NCBI GenBank assembly: GCA_934757865.1
Contig: CAKVLS010000004.1
Coordinates: forward strand, 15,981-79,980
Direction of reading: 5' to 3'
Length of the DNA: 64,000 nt
Origin: an uncultured Clostridia bacterium
GTDB lineage: Bacteria; Bacillota; Clostridia; Christensenellales; UBA1242
Below, one piece after another: positions 38,506 to 48,365 of this stretch (its first letter is position 1; every line of letters starts with the position of its first letter). A program made the translations under genes and the position numbers. Under the pieces are notes generated by a model. It had not been told where the DNA came from and did no database searches. It worked only from the letters and a program-made list of their open reading frames with translations.

Positions 38506-40767
38506 CTAAATGCTCAAACATTTTCTATAAGCGCCCTTAACAGCAGTAAATACTTTGCCTGGCATCAAACTATCGCCAACATTGTATATTTCTGGAGCGG
38601 CATTTGATTTTACTAAGCCATAATACAAATCATCATTAGAAGATATTCCGCAAGCAAATACTACTACATCGCTCTCGACATAGATATCTTGATACTCGTC
38701 TTTAACCTTCTTAGCAAGTGGGTTAGGAATATTTTCTGGCAAAATTGGTTGCCATGTATTAAATGGATTTGGAACAGTCTTAGAAACATTTTTCTTAACA
38801 GTAACGGTCTTATCTGCATTGATAGATTTTACAAATGAGCAGTTGTGAACTTTTACACCATACTTCTCTAGGTAATGCAAAATATGTCCACGGTTAGCAG
38901 TACATGAGTTAGCCATTAGGTTAGGTGTAGCTTCGATGATTGTTACATCTTTGTTTAGCTCAGTCTTTAAATAATATGCTAGCTCGCAGCCGCTATCACC
39001 ACCACCGATGATTGCAAATGTATCTGCTTTGCTATATTTTTTAGGATTATTAAGAACATCAACAACATAAGTTACATTTTTGTTCTCAACGCCGTCGATT
39101 GGAAGGAATCTTTGTTTTGTACCAGTTGCAACTACGATAGCATCGTATTTTGCAGCCTTTAACATTTTTTCATCAGCGGCTACGCCTAGATTTAGAGTGA
39201 AGTTTTTGTTCTTCTTCATACCAGTAACTAAGTTGTTAAGATACTCAACATAGTTAGCTAGTTCATACTTAAATTTTGGAACAGAAGCTGCTATGATTGT
39301 ACCACCAATCTTTTTAGATTTTTCGTATAGGTCAACTTTGTGTCCTCTTGCAAGCAATGTCTTAGCTGCTACCACGCCCGCAGGGCCAGCACCAATAACA
39401 GCAATCTTTTTGCTCTTTTCTGCCTTAGGAATATCTCTCAAAAGTTCTTCTTCAAAAGCAGTTCTTGGGTTAACCGCACATTGTGGGTGTCCGCCGTCTA
39501 CAAACTCTTTGATACAACCTTCGTGACAACCGATACATGGGATGATGTCTTTTGTATTACCAGCATAAGCCTTGTTTACCCAGTCTGGGTCTGCAAGTAG
39601 TGGTCTACCTAGCATTATCATGTCGCACATATTATCTCTTAGAGCTTTTTCAGCAAGGTCTGGATAACCTAACTTACCTACAGCAACTACAGGAACTTCT
39701 ACGCCTGCATTTGACAAAATATTATTCTCTTTGAAGTAGTCTTTTACAAGTTTAGAAACTTCTAGGAAACAGCCACTTGGCATACTAGCAGGAGGATGAG
39801 GAAGCCACCAGTTATCATAGCAACCTAGGTCAACGTCAAACATATCAACGCCCGCTTTAACAAGGTTAGCCATATAATCTAAAGTCTCGACTATTCTTCT
39901 CTCGTTTCTGTATTTACGAAGAGCTTTTACGCCTTTCATCTTATCGCCATAAGTTGCGTTAAGAGCAAGTGAAAGGTCAATTCTATACATAATAGGATAA
40001 TTGTTTCCAACTCTCTTACGAATTTGTTTAACGCAGTCGATACCAAATTGTTGCCAATTAGCATATCTACCAGCAAGTCTTCTGTTAAATGCTGGGTTAG
40101 TCAATTGCTCCATTAGGTAGCCTTCGTGACCATGCAAATACACACCATCAATGTTACAAGCTTTTGCGTCAGCAGCACCTTGTCCCATATTTTTGACTAT
40201 CTTCTTTACTTTCCCATCGGTGATAGTAGCACATGGAATCTCTGGAATATAAAAGTTAGGGTTCCAGCTAGCTGAAACAGGAAGTTTAAGGCTGTTAACT
40301 AAGCATTGTGGGTTGCCTACTCTACCAAGGCCAGCAGTTAGCTGAATAAATAATTTAGCACCATGACTATGACAAGCATATGCAAGGTCTCTCCAGCCAG
40401 CAAGTACTGTACGGCTACGATCTATTCTTGGGAAGTAAGATAATTTTCCAAGCTCAGTGATAGATGGATCAATTCCATGAGATACAGGCACAAGACCTGT
40501 TGTGATAAGACCAACGCCGCCCTTAGCACGCTCTTCAAAGTATGCAAGCATTTTTGCGTTAGGTCTACCAGTCTCCTCACACATAGAAATGTTGCCCATA
40601 GGTCCCATTACCAAACGGTTTTTTATGGTAAGTTTGTTAACTTTTATAGGACTAAACATCTCTTTGTAAGGATAAAGTTTATTGGTCATTTTTGGGGTTT
40701 CGCCCTTCAAAAACCAATTACCGAAACTTTCTTCTAAATTTTGAAGAAGTTGTTCTTTGTTTTCCAT
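38506..40767 (-). CDS. enoate-reductase / 2,4-dienoyl-CoA-reductase-like Fe-S flavoenzyme (OYE domain plus FAD/NAD(P) domain)
   Basis: OYE start NRLVMGPMG. A 4Fe-4S motif C-x2-C-x3-C-x11-C (CIGCHEGC...C). Dinucleotide folds VIGAGPAGV and IIGGGDSGCE. Confidence 0.8.
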   Translation of the reverse strand: MENKEQLLQNLEESFGNWFLKGETPKMTNKLYPYKEMFSPIKVNKLTIKNRLVMGPMGNISMCEETGRPNAKMLAYFEERAKGGVGLITTGLVPVSHGIDPSITELGKLSYFPRIDRSRTVLAGWRDLAYACHSHGAKLFIQLTAGLGRVGNPQCLVNSLKLPVSASWNPNFYIPEIPCATITDGKVKKIVKNMGQGAADAKACNIDGVYLHGHEGYLMEQLTNPAFNRRLAGRYANWQQFGIDCVKQIRKRVGNNYPIMYRIDLSLALNATYGDKMKGVKALRKYRNERRIVETLDYMANLVKAGVDMFDVDLGCYDNWWLPHPPASMPSGCFLEVSKLVKDYFKENNILSNAGVEVPVVAVGKLGYPDLAEKALRDNMCDMIMLGRPLLADPDWVNKAYAGNTKDIIPCIGCHEGCIKEFVDGGHPQCAVNPRTAFEEELLRDIPKAEKSKKIAVIGAGPAGVVAAKTLLARGHKVDLYEKSKKIGGTIIAASVPKFKYELANYVEYLNNLVTGMKKNKNFTLNLGVAADEKMLKAAKYDAIVVATGTKQRFLPIDGVENKNVTYVVDVLNNPKKYSKADTFAIIGGGDSGCELAYYLKTELNKDVTIIEATPNLMANSCTANRGHILHYLEKYGVKVHNCSFVKSINADKTVTVKKNVSKTVPNPFNTWQPILPENIPNPLAKKVKDEYQDIYVESDVVVFACGISSNDDLYYGLVKSNAAPEIYNVGDSLMPGKVFTAVKGAYRKCLSI

Positions 40768-40794
40768 AATTTCCCTCCAGTTTTTATTACTTAT

Positions 40795-40823
40795 ATAATA
40801 CCAAAATCAGCCATTTTTTTCAA
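40795..40823 (-). promoter_or_regulatory. sigma-A promoter of the reductase-AcnX operon
   Basis: Minus strand reads TTGAAA (40823-40818), a 17-nt spacer ending TGG, then TATTAT (40800-40795). Confidence 0.5.
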
Positions 40824-40964
40824 ACAAACTAATACAATATTTTGCAAAATACACAAAAAATATTTTTTGTTAAATACATAAATAATATTTTTGAAAAAAT
40901 ATAAAAAATAATACAAATATAAAAAATAAATATATCTTAAAGGCATATATAAAAAACATCAATA

Positions 40965-40993
40965 TTGACATTACAAAGAACTTGCAATATAAT
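40965..40993 (+). promoter_or_regulatory. consensus sigma-A promoter of paralog 1
   Basis: TTGACA (40965-40970), 17 nt, TATAAT (40988-40993). Confidence 0.65.
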
Positions 40994-41015
40994 ATAAAGG
41001 TGAGGAAAATAAATA

Positions 41016-41741
41016 ATGAAACCAGAAATAAAAGATAAAAAACAAGAAATCAAAAAACCAACTTTATTAACAAAAATTAAAAAACTCTTTATCCCAAAAG
41101 AAAAAGAGCCTGAGCAAATTACCGCTATAAAAATTGTAAAAGAGATGTCAAAAAATAACCCTTACCCTGTAGGTAAAAGCATAGACAAAATATCAAAATA
41201 TATTACAAATGAAAAAGAATTACCCGTAGCCCAAAGACTTGAACTTTTGCTTGATGCCTACGGCAAGTATTATAAATACCAACATCAATCTACAGTTTCA
41301 TATGCAGTAGATGAAGAAGCTGCGGATTTTTCTAGAATTGAAGATGAGTACTATCGTATGGGCAAAAAAATATCTTTTAACGACTACTTCAATGCGCGTA
41401 TGAAAGAACAAGAATATATCGTAAATAGAGAGCTTAGAAATAATGCTCAAAAACTTCTTACAAATGCAGAAAATAATGGCAATAAAGAAGAAGTGATGAA
41501 CAATTTGGATTCATATGGAGCATTAATAATTAATAACTCGCTTAAACTACAAGATGACTTTTGGACAAATAGAGATAAGAGTGGATACAAATTTTCTAAT
41601 GATGAAAAATTTATAAAAGATGCACTTATATATAGATATGAGCAAAAGTTAGAAGCTAAAAAATCAAAAACAACTCAATGCCCTTCTCAACAAAAAAGCG
41701 AAGACAAAAAACAATCTTCAGATTCAGCCCAAGGTATGTAA
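41016..41741 (+). CDS. hypothetical Lys-rich helical protein, paralog 1
   Basis: RBS GGTGAGG. Shares YPxGxSxDxIS...LLxDAYGKYYKYQH, YIVNR and RYxxKLE blocks with the next gene. Confidence 0.7.
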   Translation: MKPEIKDKKQEIKKPTLLTKIKKLFIPKEKEPEQITAIKIVKEMSKNNPYPVGKSIDKISKYITNEKELPVAQRLELLLDAYGKYYKYQHQSTVSYAVDEEAADFSRIEDEYYRMGKKISFNDYFNARMKEQEYIVNRELRNNAQKLLTNAENNGNKEEVMNNLDSYGALIINNSLKLQDDFWTNRDKSGYKFSNDEKFIKDALIYRYEQKLEAKKSKTTQCPSQQKSEDKKQSSDSAQGM

Positions 41742-41763
41742 ATTTTTTTACAATTTTTTGGTA

Positions 41764-41791
41764 TTGACATCTAAAAAAAATCAATTATAAT
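41764..41791 (+). promoter_or_regulatory. near-consensus sigma-A promoter of paralog 2
   Basis: TTGACA (41764-41769), 16 nt, TATAAT (41786-41791). Confidence 0.6.
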
Positions 41792-41828
41792 GAGTTTAGA
41801 ATTATAACATTAAGGGGGGGGACAAAAA

Positions 41829-42530
41829 ATGAATCCAATATTAAAAAACGGCAATAAAAAAGTAAAAAAATCAAATTTCTTCAATAATATTAGGACTTTC
41901 TTTTTCCCGACCCCAGAGATGCTTGTTGATAAGATGAGCACATCAACTAGCTATCCTTACGGCAGATCACTAGATGCGATATCTAACAAAATCGTAAGCT
42001 CAAAAACACTTGCTCCAGAGCAAAAAATTGACCTTTTGTTTGACGCCTACGGTAAGTATTATAAGTACCAACACGAAAGAGTTGTTAATTTTGCGACTTT
42101 TGAGTTCTATTATGAAGACTTTATGATAGAGTTTGCGGGCGAGCTTTTTAAGCATCAATATAGATATGACAAACGCTTTAGAGAGTTATCTGCTGAGACA
42201 AAGTACATCGTTAACAGAAACTTTGACGAAGATATGAAAGATGTATTTGCAGAGGCTAAACAAAAAAATATTATGCACTCTGTTATTGAAAAATTAGATG
42301 ACTATCAAATTAAAGCCATCAATGCAGCTATGAAACTTAAAGACAACTACAAAGAGGGTCTTGTAGATAATGAATATCAAGCTGATGATAACGAGAAGTA
42401 TCTAGAAAAATTACTTGTTGCAAGATATGACAAAAAATTAGAGCAACAAAAAGCTTCTACCAAACCTTTCCCAGAGTTTGAGGAGCAAGTAATCACAGAG
42501 ACTCATTCACAAGGTAGCCAAGTATTGTAA
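41829..42530 (+). CDS. hypothetical helical protein, paralog 2
   Basis: RBS AAGGGGGGGG. Has conserved blocks in common with 41016-41741. Confidence 0.7.
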   Translation: MNPILKNGNKKVKKSNFFNNIRTFFFPTPEMLVDKMSTSTSYPYGRSLDAISNKIVSSKTLAPEQKIDLLFDAYGKYYKYQHERVVNFATFEFYYEDFMIEFAGELFKHQYRYDKRFRELSAETKYIVNRNFDEDMKDVFAEAKQKNIMHSVIEKLDDYQIKAINAAMKLKDNYKEGLVDNEYQADDNEKYLEKLLVARYDKKLEQQKASTKPFPEFEEQVITETHSQGSQVL

Positions 42531-42550
42531 ACTAGCAAAAATAACAAGTA

Positions 42551-42588
42551 AAAAAGCACTTAAGAGATTACCCCTTAAGTGCTTTTTA
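42551..42588. terminator. bidirectional terminator
   Basis: Stem GCACTTAAG (42556-42564) / CTTAAGTGC (42574-42582) with flanking A- and T-runs. Confidence 0.8.
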
Positions 42589-42593
42589 TTTAT

Positions 42594-43289
42594 CTACACT
42601 ATCTCAACTAATTTGTTGCCTAGTTTGTCGCAAGATGTAAGGTAGTATGTTACGCCATTTTTGTTAACGACAAGATCTGACTTACATTGATTGCCGTGTA
42701 AGTGCCCATACACAACAGTTGTTATACCAAACTCTTCAATAAGTCTTGTAAAATCACTATCTTCTCTTTTGCTATTAAATGGTGGATAATGAAGTATAGC
42801 AATTATTTTTTCGCCATTTGTAGCAAGGGCTTTGGCCTTTTCAAATGACATACGAAGTCTAATAACTTCTCTATCTAGTATCTTCTTGTCCTCAGGTGTT
42901 GGCTCGCCCTTTTCTGGTACGCTCCACGCTCTTGAACCGCAAAAGACTTTGTCCTCTATCTTGATAGCGTCATTTTGAAGGGCATAAAAGTTAGGAGGCA
43001 AGACGCCTCTTACTTTACTAATAGTACTCCACCAGTAGTCATGATTGCCACGGACTATTATTTTTTTGCCTTTGTTCTTGCCTATAAGTTCTAGGTCACA
43101 AACGGCGTCTTCTAGATTCATCGCCCAGCTAATATCTCCGGCTACTATTACCATATCGTCATCAGTTACTTTTTTGTCCCAATCGGCAAAAATATCGTCA
43201 ACATAATTTTCCCATGTAGGTCCAAAAATATTCATAGGTTTAGGGTTATTGATAGATAAGTGTAAATCACTGATAGCAAATACTCTCAT
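42594..43289 (-). CDS. calcineurin-like metallophosphoesterase
   Basis: Motifs SDLHL, GDISW, GNHDYW and GHLHG. Confidence 0.85.
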   Translation of the reverse strand: MRVFAISDLHLSINNPKPMNIFGPTWENYVDDIFADWDKKVTDDDMVIVAGDISWAMNLEDAVCDLELIGKNKGKKIIVRGNHDYWWSTISKVRGVLPPNFYALQNDAIKIEDKVFCGSRAWSVPEKGEPTPEDKKILDREVIRLRMSFEKAKALATNGEKIIAILHYPPFNSKREDSDFTRLIEEFGITTVVYGHLHGNQCKSDLVVNKNGVTYYLTSCDKLGNKLVEIV

Positions 43290-43333
43290 ATTTTCTCCTA
43301 CATGTATTATGGCACAAAAACCTTATAATGTCA

Positions 43334-43369
43334 AAAATAAAAAAGCCCCAAATAAATTGGGGCTATTTT
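43334..43369 (-). terminator. terminator after the 216-aa gene
   Basis: Stem AGCCCCA (43344-43350) / TGGGGCT (43358-43364), followed by a U-run on the minus strand. Confidence 0.75.
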
Positions 43370-44020
43370 TTATATTCTTTGATTTTGGATAGCTGTTGGG
43401 TATATTGGTAGTTCCAAAACTCCCGAGCAAGCATCTTGAGTGTATTCTTGACAAACAGGTGCATTACAATAACCATAACTTGGCACCAAAATCTCTGCTC
43501 TTACAATGACTTTGATAATAATAGTGATGCAGGCAGTGATTGAGAAAGTGTTACCGCTAACATAAGTTCCTCTAGGTACACTTGTCGCCCCAAAAGCTTC
43601 TATTGTATATGGTACGATAGATGGCTGTGGTACAAAAAGTATTACATCTACAGGGACTGTTATGGTAGTAGCTCCTGTGCCTGTTACTCCGTTATTATCC
43701 GTATATGTAACGATCAAAGGTATATTTACATTTCCTGAAACTCTAGCAAAATTTGGCTTATCTGCAAGCCTTTCGACAACAAGGTCAGTAAGGGTAGTAC
43801 CTTGGGCAGTTTGAGCGCTGACAAAAGTAAGTGGAAGCGTAGGATTAGCTGGGTTAAGTCCAGTTAAAGTTTGCTCCAAATTTACTTCTTGTACTTGTTT
43901 CATACATGCGTCCAAAACCTTGTCTGTTTGGATACAAGCCTTTTCGCATAGTCCGTGAAGTGGATTGCCTACAATTACACCTGGTGTATTTCCTGTTCTA
44001 TTACAAGTATAAAAAGACAT
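43370..44020 (-). CDS. hypothetical Cys-containing beta-rich protein, possible spore surface protein
   Basis: RBS AAGGAGG. Cys-bearing N-terminus (HGLCEKACIQTDKVLDACMKQ) followed by long alternating beta-type stretches. A sigma-K-like promoter lies upstream. I recognise no family. Confidence 0.5.
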   Translation of the reverse strand: MSFYTCNRTGNTPGVIVGNPLHGLCEKACIQTDKVLDACMKQVQEVNLEQTLTGLNPANPTLPLTFVSAQTAQGTTLTDLVVERLADKPNFARVSGNVNIPLIVTYTDNNGVTGTGATTITVPVDVILFVPQPSIVPYTIEAFGATSVPRGTYVSGNTFSITACITIIIKVIVRAEILVPSYGYCNAPVCQEYTQDACSGVLELPIYPTAIQNQRI

Positions 44021-44039
44021 ATATTTTACCTCCTTACTC

Positions 44040-44068
44040 TATTATATGAAGCCAACACCCCAAAGGTT
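44040..44068 (-). promoter_or_regulatory. candidate sigma-K type promoter
   Basis: Minus strand reads AC, 17 nt, CATATAATA, against the recalled consensus AC-16/17-CATAnnnTA. Ends about 20 nt before the ATG, directly abutting the RBS. Confidence 0.3.
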
Positions 44069-44163
44069 AAAACAATATAGCCAAGCCCTAATGCTTAAAA
44101 ATCTTTATAAAAATAACTAAAAAAAGAAGTCCTATATAGGCCCTCTTATAATTTATTATATAT

Positions 44164-44787
44164 TTAGTTAAGCTCTTCTTCGCCCTCGTCTTCTACATTA
44201 TTTTCGGCATTTAGTCTTGCGTCAAGAGAGTCAAGCAAATTGTCTCTTCCAAGTTTGCCATCACTTGATGTGATGATAAAGTTAGAAACTGCAAGCCCTA
44301 GCTCACTAGCTATACGGCTTACACTTCTTGCTCTTTCGGCTTTAGAAAGTTTATCAGCCTTGGTCAAAACAAAGACTGTTGGAATACTATAGTAATACAA
44401 AAACTTAATCATTTGCTTATCGTTATCGTTAGGCAAATGTCTAATATCTAGTAGCATATATACAGCTTTTAGATTAGTTGATTTTTTTAGATAATTTTCA
44501 AGTAAATGTCCCCAAGATTCTTGGGCTTCTTTACTTGCTTTGGCATAGCCATAACCCGGCAAGTCTACCAAAAGGAACTCTTTGTTAATCAAAAAATAAT
44601 TGATTAGTCTAGTTCTACCTGGTAGTGATGATGTCTTGGCAAGTTTGCCGTTATTGGTCATAAAATTGATAAGTGAGCTTTTGCCAACATTGCTTCTGCC
44701 AACAAAGGCTACTTCTTTATAATCGGATTTGTAAATATCGTTAAAATTCGAAACACTTTTTACAAACTCGGCAGTTTTGATTACCAT
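44164..44787 (-). CDS. engB: ribosome biogenesis GTPase YsxC/EngB
   Basis: G1 motif GRSNVGKSSLIN. Lies downstream of clpX, as is typical. Confidence 0.9.
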   Translation of the reverse strand: MVIKTAEFVKSVSNFNDIYKSDYKEVAFVGRSNVGKSSLINFMTNNGKLAKTSSLPGRTRLINYFLINKEFLLVDLPGYGYAKASKEAQESWGHLLENYLKKSTNLKAVYMLLDIRHLPNDNDKQMIKFLYYYSIPTVFVLTKADKLSKAERARSVSRIASELGLAVSNFIITSSDGKLGRDNLLDSLDARLNAENNVEDEGEEELN

Positions 44788-44800
44788 AATAAATTTTTCC

Positions 44801-46129
44801 TTAGCTTATTGTTCCTGTTTGTTTTAGGTCAGCGTCCAAGACTTTGATGCTGTCGTCTATTTTGGTTGGAGCTTCAGGAACGGGTTTTCTTACATAGATA
44901 GGTTCTGATTGACCATCAATAAACTTGTCAGTTAAGATTATCTTCTCAATAGTCTTATCCTCAGGAGCTGAGTACATAAGTCCTATCATACTATCTTCTA
45001 AGATTGTTCTTAGTCCTCTAGCTCCAGTTTTTAATTTAATTGCCTTTTTTGCAACAGCAGATAGGCAAGCATCTTCAAATTCAAGTTTGATGCCGTCCAT
45101 ATCAAACATCTTGGTGTATTGTTTAGTGATAGAGTTCTTTGGAGTTGTCAAAATTTGGATAAGGGCTGGCTCATTAAGTTCATGAAGACCAACAACAATA
45201 GGTAGTCTACCAACAAACTCCGGAATAAGACCAAACTTAATCATATCTTGTGGTTGGATATTTCTAATATACTCGTAAGAGTCTTTTTCCTCTTTTGACT
45301 TAACGCCACTACCAAATCCTAGTGTGCTATCGCTCATTCTCTTCTCGACTATTTTGTCAAGACCAACAAAAGCACCACCGCAAATAAACAATATGTTAGT
45401 AGTGTCTATTTGGATCATCTCTTGTTGTGGGTGTTTTCTACCACCTTGAGGTGGGACTGAAGCAACTGTGCTTTCTAAAATTTTTAGTAAAGCTTGTTGA
45501 ACACCTTCACCACTTACATCACGAGTGATAGAACGGTTTTCGCTCTTTCTAGAGATTTTGTCTATTTCGTCAATGTATACGATACCCATTTCGGCTTTTG
45601 AGATGTCGTAGTCTGCATTTTGAATAAGTTTAAGTAAAATATTCTCAACATCTTCTCCAACATATCCAGCCTCAGTAAGAGTTGTTGCGTCTGCTTGTGC
45701 AAAAGGCACTTTCAAAATCTTAGCTAAAGTCTTAGCAAGAAGTGTTTTGCCGCAGCCGGTAGGTCCTATCATAAGAACATTACTCTTCTCTAGCTCGATA
45801 GGAGTTTCGCCCATATTGTTCTCTTTTAGCTCGGCGTTGTAGTTAATTCTCTTGTAGTGATTGTATACCGCAACCGAAAGAGCTTTTTTAGCTTCATCTT
45901 GTCCTACGATATAAGAATCTAGCATTTCCTTAATCTCGTGAGGAAGTGGCAAATCTACTTTTGTTGTAGTCTTGTTATCTCTAGTTTTGCCTTCATTAAT
46001 AATGTCTTTGCAAACATCAATGCACTCGTCACATATAAAACTGTCTCCTGATGGGCTAGAGATTAACCTTTTTACCTCGGCTTGACTCTTGCCACAAAAA
46101 GAACATACTAGATTTACTTCTTTTTGCAT
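44801..46129 (-). CDS. clpX: ATP-dependent protease ATPase subunit ClpX
   Basis: Zinc ribbon CSFCGK...CDEC and Walker A GPTGCGKT. Start trimmed to the ATG at 46129, after AGGAGA. Confidence 0.95.
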   Translation of the reverse strand: MQKEVNLVCSFCGKSQAEVKRLISSPSGDSFICDECIDVCKDIINEGKTRDNKTTTKVDLPLPHEIKEMLDSYIVGQDEAKKALSVAVYNHYKRINYNAELKENNMGETPIELEKSNVLMIGPTGCGKTLLAKTLAKILKVPFAQADATTLTEAGYVGEDVENILLKLIQNADYDISKAEMGIVYIDEIDKISRKSENRSITRDVSGEGVQQALLKILESTVASVPPQGGRKHPQQEMIQIDTTNILFICGGAFVGLDKIVEKRMSDSTLGFGSGVKSKEEKDSYEYIRNIQPQDMIKFGLIPEFVGRLPIVVGLHELNEPALIQILTTPKNSITKQYTKMFDMDGIKLEFEDACLSAVAKKAIKLKTGARGLRTILEDSMIGLMYSAPEDKTIEKIILTDKFIDGQSEPIYVRKPVPEAPTKIDDSIKVLDADLKQTGTIS

Positions 46130-46251
46130 TATTTTTCTCCTTATATATTTTTGCCGTAAACAAAAGTTGCTAAACCAAAAATATTTTTTTAGTTTAGCAA
46201 TCAATTTTTTGATTAGTCTAAACTTTGCTAATCTTGTACAAGTTTAGGCTT

Positions 46252-46848
46252 TTATTTTCTTTTGTAGAATATTTCGTCTATTAGACCATATTCTTTGGCT
46301 TGCTCAGCGGTCATATAGTTATCTCTATCTGTATCTTTTTCAATTTGCTCAAGAGATTTACCAGTTCTCTCGCTAAGTACTCTGTTGATTTTTTCTTTAA
46401 TGCGTTTGATGTGGTTAGCTTGGATCTCAATGTCGCTTGCTTGACCTTGTGCACCGCCCAAAGGTTGGTGAATCATAATCTCGCTGTTTGGCAAAGCGTA
46501 TCTCTTGCCCTTAGTACCACTAGCAAGAAGGAAAGCGCCCATTGAAGCTGCAAGGCCAATACAGATAGTACATACATCGCATTTGATATAATTGATTGTG
46601 TCAAAAATCGCAAGACCTGCAGTAACGCTACCGCCAGGGCTATTGATATATAAACTAATATCTTTGTCTGGGTTTTTGCCCTCAAGATAGATAAGCTCAG
46701 CAACTACAGTATTAGCTACTGCATCATCAATCTCACCTGTCAAGAATATTATTCTGTCCTCAAGTAGTCTAGAATAAATATCATAGCTTCTCTCGCCCTC
46801 GCTTGTCTTATCGACAACCATAGGAACTAAAGCATTTTTTACTCCCAT
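46252..46848 (-). CDS. clpP: ATP-dependent Clp protease proteolytic subunit ClpP
   Basis: Ser-His-Asp context ([17 protein letters not shown]). Confidence 0.95.
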   Translation of the reverse strand: MGVKNALVPMVVDKTSEGERSYDIYSRLLEDRIIFLTGEIDDAVANTVVAELIYLEGKNPDKDISLYINSPGGSVTAGLAIFDTINYIKCDVCTICIGLAASMGAFLLASGTKGKRYALPNSEIMIHQPLGGAQGQASDIEIQANHIKRIKEKINRVLSERTGKSLEQIEKDTDRDNYMTAEQAKEYGLIDEIFYKRK

Positions 46849-46877
46849 AATTTACCTCCATAAAAATTATGTAAATA

Positions 46878-48158
46878 TTATAGATTGTTGTTTGATTTTA
46901 AGAAAGTCATAAGTTTGTTTAGTAAAATGCCATTTTCAAGGTATGCTAGTTGCTCGCCTTTTAGCTCTTTTCTAATATCTTCAATAGATTTCTTATGCTC
47001 TTTACCCTCGTTGTACTTGTTAACAATATCTTCATCTGTAACATCTAGTTTCTCAGCATTAACGATAGCCTCAAGTACTAGTCTTGTCTTAACTGTCTTC
47101 TCAGCATCTTCTTTACGAGAAAGTCTTAGCTCTTCTAGGCTTTGACCAATGTATGATAGATAGTCTTCTAATTTTAGACCTTGATAGCTTAGTCTATACT
47201 CAAAATCTTTGATAAAGTCATCAATTTGGTGCTCAATCATAGCTTCTGGGATATCTACTTTTGCATTATCAACAACTGCGTCAATCAAAGCTGCTTCTTG
47301 CTTGTGCATAGCTTCGTGCTCAGCATCCTCAGTTAGTTTTTTCTTAACATCTGCTTTTAGGTCAGCAAGAGTTTCAAACTCGCTAACTTCGCTAGCAAAC
47401 TCATCGTTTAGTTCTGGCAAAACTTTTGCTTTGATAGCTTTTACTGTTACTTCAAATACAGCTGGTTTTGATTTTAGGCTTTCAACATGGTACTCTTTTG
47501 GGAAAGTAACTTTTACATCTTTCTTCTCGCCAACTTTCATACCAACAATTTGGTCCTCAAAGTTATCAATAAAGCTGTGTGAACCAATCTCTAGATCGTA
47601 GTCTTCTGCTGTGCCACCCTCAAACTTAACGCCATCAACTGAACCGCTAAAGTCGATAGTCGCAAGGTCGCCCTTCTCTACAGCTCTGTCAGTAACATCA
47701 ATAAATCTTGCTCTTGAAGCTACCATTCTGTCAAGTTCAGCTTTGATATCTTTTTCGCCAATCTTAACTTCTTCTTTCTTAACTGTTAGTCCTTTGTAAT
47801 CGCCAAGTTTAACTTCTGGCTTGTTCTCAACAGTAGCAACTATAACTATACCATTTTCGTTAATCTCTTTAATGCTCAAAGCTGGAGCGTCAACTGGCTC
47901 TATGCTCTTTTCATTTTGAAGAACTTCAAAATAGTATCTATAAAAACATCCGTCAATAGCATCTTCAAAGAATACTCCAGGTCCATAAGTTTTCTCGATA
48001 ACTTTTCTTGGAGCTGCACCTTTACGGAAGCCGTGAATATTGTATCTACCTTTTGTCTTTTTGTAAGCAGCCTCTTGTGCATCTTCCCATTCTTTTGCAT
48101 CTAGGCTGATTTCAATCTCAATCTTTTTGTCTTTCAAAGTCTTAATTTCGTATTTCAT
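46878..48158 (-). CDS. tig: trigger factor
   Basis: tig-clpP-clpX synteny. GFRKGAAPRKVIE ribosome-binding loop and a central FKBP domain. Start trimmed to the ATG at 48158, after AAGGAGA. Confidence 0.93.
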   Translation of the reverse strand: MKYEIKTLKDKKIEIEISLDAKEWEDAQEAAYKKTKGRYNIHGFRKGAAPRKVIEKTYGPGVFFEDAIDGCFYRYYFEVLQNEKSIEPVDAPALSIKEINENGIVIVATVENKPEVKLGDYKGLTVKKEEVKIGEKDIKAELDRMVASRARFIDVTDRAVEKGDLATIDFSGSVDGVKFEGGTAEDYDLEIGSHSFIDNFEDQIVGMKVGEKKDVKVTFPKEYHVESLKSKPAVFEVTVKAIKAKVLPELNDEFASEVSEFETLADLKADVKKKLTEDAEHEAMHKQEAALIDAVVDNAKVDIPEAMIEHQIDDFIKDFEYRLSYQGLKLEDYLSYIGQSLEELRLSRKEDAEKTVKTRLVLEAIVNAEKLDVTDEDIVNKYNEGKEHKKSIEDIRKELKGEQLAYLENGILLNKLMTFLKSNNNL

Positions 48159-48283
48159 TGTATTCTCCTTAATAGATAGGCACACTTTTTTATCTTAAGT
48201 GTACCCTGTAAGTATAACATAGCACCCAAATATTTTCAAGCATTTTTGAGGCGGTTTAGATTTTTTTGCCAGCTTTTTTGCGA

Positions 48284-48314
48284 CAAAAAAAACACCTTAT
48301 AATAGGTGTTTTTG
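48284..48314 (-). terminator. terminator after the small membrane-protein genes
   Basis: Stem ACACCT (48292-48297) / AGGTGT (48304-48309), followed by 8 U on the minus strand. Confidence 0.75.
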
Positions 48315-48365
48315 TACATTTTTTATATTTAAGTTTAATTTGTGATAACCTCATCAATATCTCTA

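Noticed and set aside
44100-44135. Hairpin after engB (AAGAAGTCC...GGCCCTCTT) as a terminator
   Set aside because: The stem has several mismatches and only the T-run is convincing, so it was left unannotated.
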